A stretch of 62,284 nucleotides of DNA from a virus. This document shows positions 25,801 through 32,974 of this stretch, piece by piece. A model generated the notes under the pieces. That model was not told the DNA's origin, did no database searches, and saw only the letters and a program-made list of their open reading frames with translations. The stretch lies in IMG/VR virus record IMGVR_UViG_2919730853_000001, positions 1-62,284 of that record, one strand, 5' to 3'. The translations under genes were made by a program, and so were the position numbers. Each line of letters opens with the position of its first letter. Position 1 is the first letter of the stretch.

Positions 25801-27689
25801 TAACTAATGCGAAGATTGCTAACTTAGCCGTGGACAATGCAAAGATAGCTAACTTAGCTGTATCGACTGCAAAGATACAAGATTTAGCAGTAGACAATTC
25901 GAAGATAGCCAATGCAACTATCACTAGTGCAAAAATTGGTAATGCACAGATTACTAATGCACTTATAGCTGATTTAGCTGTGACCGATGCAAAGATAGCT
26001 AACGCTACAATTTCTAGTGCCAAGATAGCTTCATTAGATGCTGGTAAGATTACGACAGGCTTTTTAAGTTCTGACCGTATCGATGCTAACGCTATTACGG
26101 CTAGACAACTACTTATCGGAACATGGGAAAACTTATTCCAAAATCCTGACTTTGAAAAGGGTTCGGCTGGATGGAAGAGTGCTTCTATTTGGTCAGTAGT
26201 CAATGACTCTACTAAGGCGTATATCGGAAGTCAGTTTGCAAAAGGTACGTGGGGTTCTGCAAGTTCGGTGTCTTACTACAATGACACAACATTCCCTGTA
26301 CGTGCTGGTGAACAGTATTATATTGAAGGCTACTTTAAAACTGAAGTTAGTACTAGTACTGCTACCCGTACTATTCTTGTTAAGTATACGGATGGTGCTG
26401 GTAACGACACTTACTACTTACCTACGGAAACTCTTTCTACTACTTGGACTAAGTATAGTTATACGTTCACTATTCCGGCTGGTACAGTGTCTATGCAAAT
26501 TGGTTTATCTGTTAAGAGTGGAATGCCTTCGGGTAACGCTACTTATGTAGATAACCTATATTGTCGCAAGATGATTTCAGGGGAACTTCTTGTAGATGGT
26601 TCTGTCACTGCTAATACAATTAAGTCTCTAAATGGCTTGAATGTTGGTAACGGTCAATTCGTTGTAGATGCAAACGGAAACGTAACTCTTGGGGCTGGTG
26701 CTGTTTTAACTTCAGTAACTATCAAGACATCTACCTTTGAATCATTACGAGGTAACACATTCTATCTTGGTGATGATGGTGCAAAGATTGACTACTCTAT
26801 CGCTGGTACTATTAAGCGTACACGTTATGGAACGAACGACTTAACATACTTAGCGATTGACGATACGCCTGTATATAACTTTGTTATGAATGGTGCATTT
26901 GACGTAACACTGAAACCTTATGGTTCTCATTACGGATTGAAACTAGGTTCACCAATCATCAAAGGTCTTATGGGTACGGATGCTGTACAAATTCGTAACT
27001 ATAATGATACGGACTATGCGGATATTGCTGCTAAGAACGGAACTTTCACAAACTCTATTGACGTGTGGGGTGCTTCTTCTCTGAAAGGTGTAACTACTAT
27101 CTCTGCAAGTTCAGGCGGTATGCTGAAAATGGTAGGTACGGCTGACTCTTACATTGAGTTCTTCCCTGACGGTACAAGTGCTGGACGTAAGGGCTTTGTA
27201 GGTATGGAGAGTGCAACGGGCAATAACCTTGTACTTTCTTCTGATAGTGATGAAATCATTTTGCGTACTGATGTTAACCGTGTCAAAATCGACAACGGAG
27301 TTGTGGGTGTTTACTTCCGTAATGCTGCTGACTCTGCTTATGTTCCGATTTATGCGAGTGCGTTCACTGTTAACTCACTTCGAGACAGTAAGAAGGACAT
27401 TACACCGTTTGAAAAGACATTCATGGACAGAACTGCTTTAGATGAAATCTTAGATACAACTATCTATAACTATCGTCTAAATGAGGAAAACGAACATGAC
27501 CCTGTTCATATCGGCTTAATTTACGAAGAATCACCAATGGAAGTAGTTGATCTACGGGGCAAAGGTATCGATTCATACGCCATGATTGCAATGTCTTGGC
27601 AAGGACTGAAAGACCTTAATGCGAAGCTTGAAAACAAAGTGGCCGCCCTTGAAGAAAGACTAGCTAAACTAGAAGGAGGAACTGAATAA
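22881..27689 (+). CDS. Tail-associated protein / tail fibre (Prophage_tail-type N-terminus, two 11-residue repeat blocks, CBM-like domains, C-terminal S74 chaperone domain)
   Basis: 1602 aa. N-terminus MIYILDR.... Repeats of the DASITNAKIAN type. C-terminus IYNYRLNEE..HIGLIYEESP..LENKVAALEERLAKLE. Confidence 0.75.
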   Translation: MIYILDRTQTTVGVASNGSPLSMPYFADKHTESLDDVSTYEFSVPSDHETADLLQVEGHIIIRDLDGNNILFTIKEVQDGRDSGKKIKTVFAENTAVTELLSDVQRPMTMNSTTVTAAVNAVMANSGTWQVGTIEDDNFSIDFSIDDHTTVLDALQQIRTAFNVEMYYTVDLVGTQLVNKKVHFVEKRGLATGVRFDYSYDLIGVSRTENSEQIVTALVAVGKGDDASTRVDLTSLGDFTEGEFYHNQGTDWIASTIALNNWGFNGKHRFGVFIDDESETVERLKERTMKELADRSQPVLTYSASVANLERITGYEAKKLRLGDTIIVNDKSFSTPIVVEARVKQLVRSYTNPSDDEVDLGNYVPLELWVDPRIKALQQKISMNEALWGSSGELIIKQPTQPTGTFNDGQLWLNTDTNVMMRYNASTGTWEKVTREDFADLAGQATESQIANDAITRDKLIDGAVTGSKLGNGSVSEVKIRDLSVTSAKIAQAAIQAAHIDQLAVGTAAIQDASITQAKIGNLQVGTAQIMDAAINNAKIATAAIGSANIIDGNITNAKIANASVDTAKIKDASITNAKIDRASVNKLVVDTADIKDASITNAKIANLAVSSAQIQDASITNAKLGNASIDNAKIQNASISTAKIQTGAIDTGLIKDGAITSAKIMDAAIGTAQIADASIVDAKIGNISANKISTGTLDADKVTIKNLKADSIVAGALTIDGVNYIKNAKLLKPTGSDWYFATGVSVDTSTTFDGNASIKNIQSGLSADTWTNAIYYYKNTPTTEGQAWVASVYTMTDDVSSFDNGAKMNIDFMDAGGYRIAGFPTVQVVPSKNNEWQRFILTGIAPANTAYVRIQVYIVRNGRLWFAKPMLQKGQIASEWKPSTDELISDGAIDNSKLADNAVDSDVLQDNSVSNSKVQNQAIDTAKIKTAAITTALIADASITNAKIMDLSVSSAKLIDASITTAKVGDAQITNAKIANLAVDNAKIANLAVSTAKIQDLAVDNSKIANATITSAKIGNAQITNALIADLAVTDAKIANATISSAKIASLDAGKITTGFLSSDRIDANAITARQLLIGTWENLFQNPDFEKGSAGWKSASIWSVVNDSTKAYIGSQFAKGTWGSASSVSYYNDTTFPVRAGEQYYIEGYFKTEVSTSTATRTILVKYTDGAGNDTYYLPTETLSTTWTKYSYTFTIPAGTVSMQIGLSVKSGMPSGNATYVDNLYCRKMISGELLVDGSVTANTIKSLNGLNVGNGQFVVDANGNVTLGAGAVLTSVTIKTSTFESLRGNTFYLGDDGAKIDYSIAGTIKRTRYGTNDLTYLAIDDTPVYNFVMNGAFDVTLKPYGSHYGLKLGSPIIKGLMGTDAVQIRNYNDTDYADIAAKNGTFTNSIDVWGASSLKGVTTISASSGGMLKMVGTADSYIEFFPDGTSAGRKGFVGMESATGNNLVLSSDSDEIILRTDVNRVKIDNGVVGVYFRNAADSAYVPIYASAFTVNSLRDSKKDITPFEKTFMDRTALDEILDTTIYNYRLNEENEHDPVHIGLIYEESPMEVVDLRGKGIDSYAMIAMSWQGLKDLNAKLENKVAALEERLAKLEGGTE
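24225..25040 (+). repeat. Coding tandem repeat block 1 (about 33-nt / 11-aa units, xASIxxAKIxx)
   Basis: Read in the translation. It also generates long spurious antisense ORFs. Confidence 0.8.
25550..26110 (+). repeat. Coding tandem repeat block 2 (same 11-aa unit)
   Basis: Read in the translation. Confidence 0.8.
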
Positions 27690-27811
27690 TGGAAATGAAA
27701 ACAGAACAAATCCTTGCTGGTTATCAGCAAAAGGTTATGGAGTTAATGCATGAAGTAATTCTGCTTAAAGAATATATTCGTACCCTAGAAACTTCAAAGA
27801 CAAGTAAATAA
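27689..27811 (+). CDS. Hypothetical small coiled-coil protein (40 aa)
   Basis: TAATG overlap with the tail fibre stop. Below the ORF-track cutoff. Confidence 0.4.
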   Translation: MEMKTEQILAGYQQKVMELMHEVILLKEYIRTLETSKTSK

Positions 27812-27824
27812 TAGTAATTCACTT

Positions 27825-27851
27825 CCCCTACCTGTATTGGTGGGGGTTTTT
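27825..27851 (+). terminator. Rho-independent terminator
   Basis: Stem CCCCTACC/GGTGGGGG followed by a T5 run. Confidence 0.6.
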
Positions 27852-27901
27852 ACTTACATATAAGAGAAAGTACCTCAACGGGTAGGAGGTGAAAACATGC
27901 G

Positions 27902-28210
27902 ATGAATGAAATGGAATTGTTTCAGATGTTCGGAAAAGAAGGGGTAACTTTCTTAGCAATTATCCTTGTATATGTTCTGTTTGTACGTCCTAAAGACATG
28001 CAGATGGATAAGAAGGATGCACAAATTACTGAATTAGTCGAAACAAATAGATTGATTGTTGCGGAGAACAGTGAACAGCTTGGCAACATTTCAAGTACTT
28101 TAGAAAAAATCTCTACTGAAATGACTAGTCTATCGGAGAACCAAAAAAAGTTGAACGATGGACAGGACGAGTTGTGGAAAGAGATTGTTTATTTGAAGAA
28201 GGAGAGATAA
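27902..28210 (+). CDS. BhlA/UviB-like holin-like membrane protein (N-terminal TM plus coiled coil)
   Basis: 102 aa. RBS AGGAGGTG. Architecture matches the family, and the gene lies next to the endolysin gene. Confidence 0.45.
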   Translation: MNEMELFQMFGKEGVTFLAIILVYVLFVRPKDMQMDKKDAQITELVETNRLIVAENSEQLGNISSTLEKISTEMTSLSENQKKLNDGQDELWKEIVYLKKER

Positions 28211-28215
28211 AGGCA

Positions 28216-29211
28216 TTGGGTAAAATCGTTGATATTTCAAAATGGCAAGGCACTATTGATTTCGCTAAATTTGCTACTGAAGCAGATATGGCAATTGTTA
28301 GGGTGCAATATGGTTCTAGCACTGAAGATATTAAACACAAAGAATATGAAGCTGGTCTTAAAGCTAACGGTGTCCCTTTTGGTGCTTATGCTTACGCTAG
28401 ATTCGTGTCTGTTGCTGATGCGAAAGTGGAAGCCCAAGACTTTCTAGCACGTGCTGATGCTGCTACTAAATTTTATGTAGTTGACGTTGAGGAACTTACT
28501 TGTCCAGCTAGTGAAGTAGTTGCTGCTACTCAGGCGTTCATCGATGTATTGCGTAGTGCTGGCAAGAAAGCTGGATTATACACAGGTCATTCATTCTACA
28601 AGACTTATAACATGGGTGCTGTAGATGCTGATTTCGTATGGATTCCACGCTATCAAACAAATGACGACGGAACTATTCACCAATATGTACCGGACATGCC
28701 GTGTGATCTTTGGCAGTATAGCCAAAACGGACGCATTGCTGGCGTTGCTGGTGCGGTAGATTTAAACACACTTAACGGTGAAAAATCATTAGATTGGTTT
28801 ACTGGTAAGGTATCTGCTTCTATCACTGAACCTACTGCTGTAGGCGATGTGAAGGTATATCCGTATGTAAAAATTACTGCTGATGTATGGATGCACTCTA
28901 GTCCTGACTTTGAAGTTAGTACTAGAGTTAGAGTCTTAAAAGCTGGTGAGATTTATAAAAATTACGGAGAGAATAACGGTCTTATCGGCATCGGTGGTGG
29001 CTATGTATCTGCTAAGTATGTAGAGAATACAAATCAAGTTGCAACTACTACTAGTGATGTATGGACACATTCTACACCGGACACTGACGTGGCAAGCCGT
29101 GTGAAAGTATTATCGGCTGGCACTTCATGGAAAATCTACGCTGAAACTTCTAACAACATGTTCAAAGTTGGTGGCGAGTACGTGTCTAAGTCGTACATGA
29201 CTATCAACTAG
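28216..29211 (+). CDS. Endolysin: GH25 muramidase with two SH3b-like cell-wall-binding repeats
   Basis: TTG at 28216 follows GAAGGAGAG. GKIVDISKWQGTIDF is a GH25 N-terminus. Two C-terminal repeats: DVWMHSSPDF.. and DVWTHSTPDT... Confidence 0.8.
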   Translation: MGKIVDISKWQGTIDFAKFATEADMAIVRVQYGSSTEDIKHKEYEAGLKANGVPFGAYAYARFVSVADAKVEAQDFLARADAATKFYVVDVEELTCPASEVVAATQAFIDVLRSAGKKAGLYTGHSFYKTYNMGAVDADFVWIPRYQTNDDGTIHQYVPDMPCDLWQYSQNGRIAGVAGAVDLNTLNGEKSLDWFTGKVSASITEPTAVGDVKVYPYVKITADVWMHSSPDFEVSTRVRVLKAGEIYKNYGENNGLIGIGGGYVSAKYVENTNQVATTTSDVWTHSTPDTDVASRVKVLSAGTSWKIYAETSNNMFKVGGEYVSKSYMTIN

Positions 29212-29234
29212 TTCAACATAAGTTAAACTAATTC

Positions 29235-29269
29235 ACTATGACTTGTTGTACATTACAGTAAGTCATAGT
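29235..29269 (+). other. Intergenic hairpin (10-bp arms ACTATGACTT/AAGTCATAGT) with TGTACATTACA in the loop
   Basis: Read directly. Related to the element at 17796..17857. Confidence 0.5.
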
Positions 29270-29315
29270 TTAAGTTAATCTTTAGTTCAACTAAATCCTT
29301 TAAGGAGGTGAGATC

Positions 29316-29516
29316 ATGCTGAAGAAACTGGGTACACGTTTGAAAAACGGTAAAGTATTAATGTCTGTTATCTCAGGAATTATCTTAATTCTTGTTAACC
29401 TTGGCGTTATTGATGCTGAATTCGTTTCTCATTACGAAGTAACAATTAATACCATTCTTGGTATTCTTGTCGGATTGGGTGTCATTTCTGACCCTGAATC
29501 ACACTTGAAAAAATAA
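29316..29516 (+). CDS. Holin (two TM helices)
   Basis: 66 aa, basic N- and C-termini, RBS AAGGAGGTG, adjacent to the endolysin gene. Confidence 0.6.
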   Translation: MLKKLGTRLKNGKVLMSVISGIILILVNLGVIDAEFVSHYEVTINTILGILVGLGVISDPESHLKK

Positions 29517-29574
29517 TAGCAGCACACTATATGTAGTAGAGATCCACAGCTGTAGACATACTATATATAGACAA

Positions 29575-29612
29575 AACCCACTTATCATTATCGATAGGTG
29601 GGTTCTTTTTTT
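29575..29612 (+). terminator. Rho-independent terminator at the end of the late region
   Basis: 12-bp stem AACCCACTTATC/GATAGGTGGGTT followed by a T7 run. Confidence 0.8.
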
Positions 29613-29656
29613 GTGGTCATTTAGAACTAGTTTCTCTATAGGGAAATAAAAAATAG

Positions 29657-29685
29657 TTGCATTTTGTAGAATCTTAGTTTAATAT
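29657..29685 (+). promoter_or_regulatory. Sigma-A-like promoter TTGCAT-N17-TAATAT
   Basis: Hexamers and spacing were read directly. It is followed by a leader of about 250 nt before the ATG at 29939. Confidence 0.5.
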
Positions 29686-29938
29686 AGTTTTCAGGCAAAG
29701 AAAAAAGCACTTCCTGTAGTATGATAGCTGGCAGGCTATCAAAGGAAGCACTCTTTCGACACATTGATTTCGGCAAAGAAATCTTTTACATAATGTAGTT
29801 TAGTTCTTATTTAGTTAACACAGAAAATCTGTGCTGCTTATTTAAGTATGTCCTCATTTTACTACATAATTTCCGCAATATCAAGTCGAAACGTACTTTT
29901 TTCTTTCCTAAATTTAAACTTTTAGGAGAGATTATCCA

Positions 29939-30871
29939 ATGACAACTCAAACACAAGAAATTCAAGTACAAGCAGGATTTAGTATCAACTTTACAATGGT
30001 GCAAAATGAAGTGATGGACAGTATGGCTTTCGAGAAGCCTATTGACAAATTAGCTTATTACCACTTATTACGTTTTGCATTCGGTAAAGGATATGCGTTT
30101 CCTTCAGTGCCAAAACTAGCTTTAATGTGTTCAGTAACCTCACTAACTACTATGCGTTCATCACTGAAACGATTACAGAATATGGGACTGCTGACTATTG
30201 AACCACAGGAAAACGAAGACGGTTCTTCAGCACCTAACCTCTACACTATCTTTGAATTAACTACGGCTATGAAAGAGAATAGTGTATCAAATAAAGATTT
30301 ATTTAGTGAAGCGAAGAAAATTTTCAAGAAGGATAAAAAGAAGAAGGGGGGTCAAAAATTAGCCCCTACCGAAAACGATGAAAAGGAGGGTACAAAAAAT
30401 GACCCCCCTACCCCACAAAATTTGACGGGTGAGGGTACAAAAAATGACCCCAAAGAAAAAGAACTTAATAATATTAATCTTAATAATACTAAATCTCTCT
30501 TAGAACAACATGCGAGTGAGAGAGTTTTCAAATACATGCAAGACAAGTCTGAAGACCTTCAGGCTAATAAGGTAGATATGATTATTCTATGTGATTGGAT
30601 TATTAAAAATACCTCTATGTCTGACGATAATGTTATACATATTATTAATCAGCTTAAAGACTGTGTAGGTGGAGTAACTAATACTGGTGGACTAATTAAA
30701 TATCATGTAGAAAAACTATCTAGTGGACGCAAAGAAATGAATCCTGAATGGCTAGGAAAAGAAGGGGAAGTACTGCCTAAAGTAGAAACAGTAACAGGTG
30801 AAGTATTAACTGATGAAATGAAGGCTATTCTTAAAGCTGAACTGGATGAACTCTCAGGAGGTAAAAACTAA
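29939..30871 (+). CDS. Winged-helix replication initiator/organizer-like protein (paralog A)
   Basis: N-terminus NFTMVQNEVMDS..LAYYHLLRFA..FPSVPKLALMCSVTSLTTMRSSLKRLQNMGLL. Contains an internal EGTKNDP repeat. Confidence 0.5.
   Translation: MTTQTQEIQVQAGFSINFTMVQNEVMDSMAFEKPIDKLAYYHLLRFAFGKGYAFPSVPKLALMCSVTSLTTMRSSLKRLQNMGLLTIEPQENEDGSSAPNLYTIFELTTAMKENSVSNKDLFSEAKKIFKKDKKKKGGQKLAPTENDEKEGTKNDPPTPQNLTGEGTKNDPKEKELNNINLNNTKSLLEQHASERVFKYMQDKSEDLQANKVDMIILCDWIIKNTSMSDDNVIHIINQLKDCVGGVTNTGGLIKYHVEKLSSGRKEMNPEWLGKEGEVLPKVETVTGEVLTDEMKAILKAELDELSGGKN
30346..30451 (+). repeat. Iteron-like repeats inside the initiator gene (GAGGGTACAAAAAATGACCCC x2, 45 nt apart, plus a degenerate copy)
   Basis: Perfect 21-mers at 30386-30406 and 30431-30451. 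A related copy, GGGGGGTCAAAAATTAGCCCC, starts at 30346. Confidence 0.6.
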
Positions 30872-31128
30872 TGGAATTACTAGACCGTTATGTAAGACAA
30901 GCTAGAATATTGGAAAGCGTGGAGAGAAGACATTTACAAAGCAATTCCCCTACAGAGGTAAGGGTAGTTATGGCTGACTTCTTTTCATACTTCAAAGACA
31001 TAGATAAAATGAGTGAATCAGAATTAGATTCGTTTATTTTTAATGAGATTGTAGCCCTATGTGATGCAGAGATTAAGACCTCACTAGATGCTTATACGTT
31101 TTATCAAAAGGAATATAATCTTGAATAA
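30871..31128 (+). CDS. Hypothetical protein (85 aa)
   Basis: ORF whose start overlaps the upstream stop. Confidence 0.5.
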   Translation: MELLDRYVRQARILESVERRHLQSNSPTEVRVVMADFFSYFKDIDKMSESELDSFIFNEIVALCDAEIKTSLDAYTFYQKEYNLE

Positions 31129-31271
31129 AAACTAAAAATTTTGATCAAAATATAAATAAGCAAGCTGTCTATACACTTTCAGAGGTGTTAGCATATAGCA
31201 GTGGAAGGGCATTCCTGAAAATGGGATGTCCTTTTTTGCGTTCAATTTATTTTTATTAATCACAAATTTAA

Positions 31272-31299
31272 TGTCCCGAACGCTTAGTCGTTTGCAAGT
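31272..31299 (+). promoter_or_regulatory. Bipartite motif TGTCCC-N16-GCAAGT (copy 4)
   Basis: Exact motif upstream of 31326. Confidence 0.55.
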
Positions 31300-31325
31300 G
31301 TACCCATGTAACCACTAAAGAAAGG

Positions 31326-32198
31326 GTGTTAAATTTGGACAATATATTTTCAGTATCACATAACAAAGAAGTTGATTTAGGAAACGGAGAAGTTACTAGC
31401 AACGTCTTTGTACGAGTTTATACAAGCATGTTCACTACGGGCTTAGTCGCTAACATGGGGGCGAATAACTTCACTACTCTAATGGCACTTGCATCTTTCA
31501 TGGATGAACAGGGCGAATGTTATCCTACTCAACAACAACTAGCAGAACGAATTGGCGTTCATAAAAATACGATTAACAAATACGTGAATGAGTTACTTGA
31601 CTTTAGAGTTAATGACCAACCTATTGTCACTAGACAGAAAATCAATAAGGGACAAGGTAAGATTTTTAGTTTCTACAAAATCCATCCTTTAAGTCAACTA
31701 GCGAAGTTTCAAGGTTCAATATCACAAATTGAAAGTCCTTCATCTAGTGATTCGTTAATCACAAGTAAAGGCACAAACGCTAGTGCTGTAATAATACCTA
31801 AAAATAAGCAAGTAAATAATAATCAAGATAATAAGCTAACAGCAAATGACTTACTATCTGTTTTCCTAGACACATATAGAGAAGTATACAACGTTAACTA
31901 CGTGGTAGATAACTACCCTAAAACAATGACTATCTTACGTAGCAAGGTATTAAAACCTCATCCTACACTAGCATTACAAATAGTTGAAACTGCTGTTAGA
32001 GAATATGATAAACGATTCAAGAACGGGAATTTCCCACGTCCTAGCATTGGTATGTTTTCTTGGGCTGTAAATCAAATCGTACCTATCCTAGAGGAACAGC
32101 AAAAAATTAATGACCAGGCATCACAATCGGATGATTTAGAAAAAGAAGCAGCACAAAAGATGGCTGATAAGTTAGCGAAGCTTGGAGGCGGTATGTAA
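31326..32198 (+). CDS. Winged-helix replication initiator/organizer-like protein (paralog B)
   Basis: FTTLMALASFMDEQGECYPTQQQLAERIGVHKNTINKYVNELLDF. The start is uncertain (GTG 31326 or TTG 31335). Confidence 0.5.
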   Translation: MLNLDNIFSVSHNKEVDLGNGEVTSNVFVRVYTSMFTTGLVANMGANNFTTLMALASFMDEQGECYPTQQQLAERIGVHKNTINKYVNELLDFRVNDQPIVTRQKINKGQGKIFSFYKIHPLSQLAKFQGSISQIESPSSSDSLITSKGTNASAVIIPKNKQVNNNQDNKLTANDLLSVFLDTYREVYNVNYVVDNYPKTMTILRSKVLKPHPTLALQIVETAVREYDKRFKNGNFPRPSIGMFSWAVNQIVPILEEQQKINDQASQSDDLEKEAAQKMADKLAKLGGGM

Positions 32199-32974
32199 TG
32201 GAATTGATGAATAGCATATGTAAATTAGCCCCTCATTGCAAACATGCCGGTAAAGAGGGTATTTGTAATGCACTTTGTTCTCCATTCATGCTTTTACATG
32301 GTGAAGGCAATAGTGGGCTATGGAAGGCTACTAACGTGCCTCCTAAGTATCGAAACGTTACGTTCGAGACCTTACCTATTCAGAAGGACAATCCAACCGC
32401 ATACGGCTTCCTGAAGGCTTACAGAGGCAATGTAGTAGAGAACGCTAGAAACGGTATCGGATTATTCTTCTATTCCATCCCAAATAATTCTAACAAGTTC
32501 GGGACAGGGACAGGCAAGACAACCTCAGCTGTAGCTATACTTCACGCCTATTTACTAGAGAGAGTAAAAGAGGACTCTACCGGAGGGCAGAAGATTGACC
32601 AAAACCCTGCATTGTTCTACAAGGCATCGGAATTACAGACTTTGTATAACGCACAGTTTCGAGGCACACCGGACATGCAAGAGAAAGCAAGCTTACGATA
32701 TTACAAGATTAAGAAATTGCTTATGTCGGCTGAAATGGTTGTTCTGGACGACGTTGGAATTAGACAAAAAATCACTGATGCTTTTGAAAACGAATTGACT
32801 GAAATTATTGATTCAAGGGACTCCAAGGTTCTTATGACAATTTACACGTCAAACTTGCCAATCGATAAACTAGCTGAAACTTTAGGCGAACGAATTGCTA
32901 GTCGCATTGAGGGAATGACGGAACAAGTTGCATTCGTAGGTAAAGATCATAGACGTGGAGGCGTATTGAAATGA
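32198..32974 (+). CDS. DnaC/IstB-like AAA+ helicase loader
   Basis: Walker A GTGTGKTT, Walker B VVLDDVG, Cys-rich N-terminus. Confidence 0.7.
   Translation: MELMNSICKLAPHCKHAGKEGICNALCSPFMLLHGEGNSGLWKATNVPPKYRNVTFETLPIQKDNPTAYGFLKAYRGNVVENARNGIGLFFYSIPNNSNKFGTGTGKTTSAVAILHAYLLERVKEDSTGGQKIDQNPALFYKASELQTLYNAQFRGTPDMQEKASLRYYKIKKLLMSAEMVVLDDVGIRQKITDAFENELTEIIDSRDSKVLMTIYTSNLPIDKLAETLGERIASRIEGMTEQVAFVGKDHRRGGVLK

Noticed and set aside
24428-26203. Long - strand ORFs (24428..24775, 24815..25051, 25451..26203) inside the tail fibre gene
   Set aside because: They are antisense artefacts of the 33-nt coding repeats. Their products are low-complexity A/I/L/F-rich sequences, and the sense-strand gene is well supported.
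29807-30004. 65-aa - strand ORF overlapping the start of the initiator gene
   Set aside because: It has no RBS, overlaps a well-signalled + strand gene start, and has a low-complexity basic composition.
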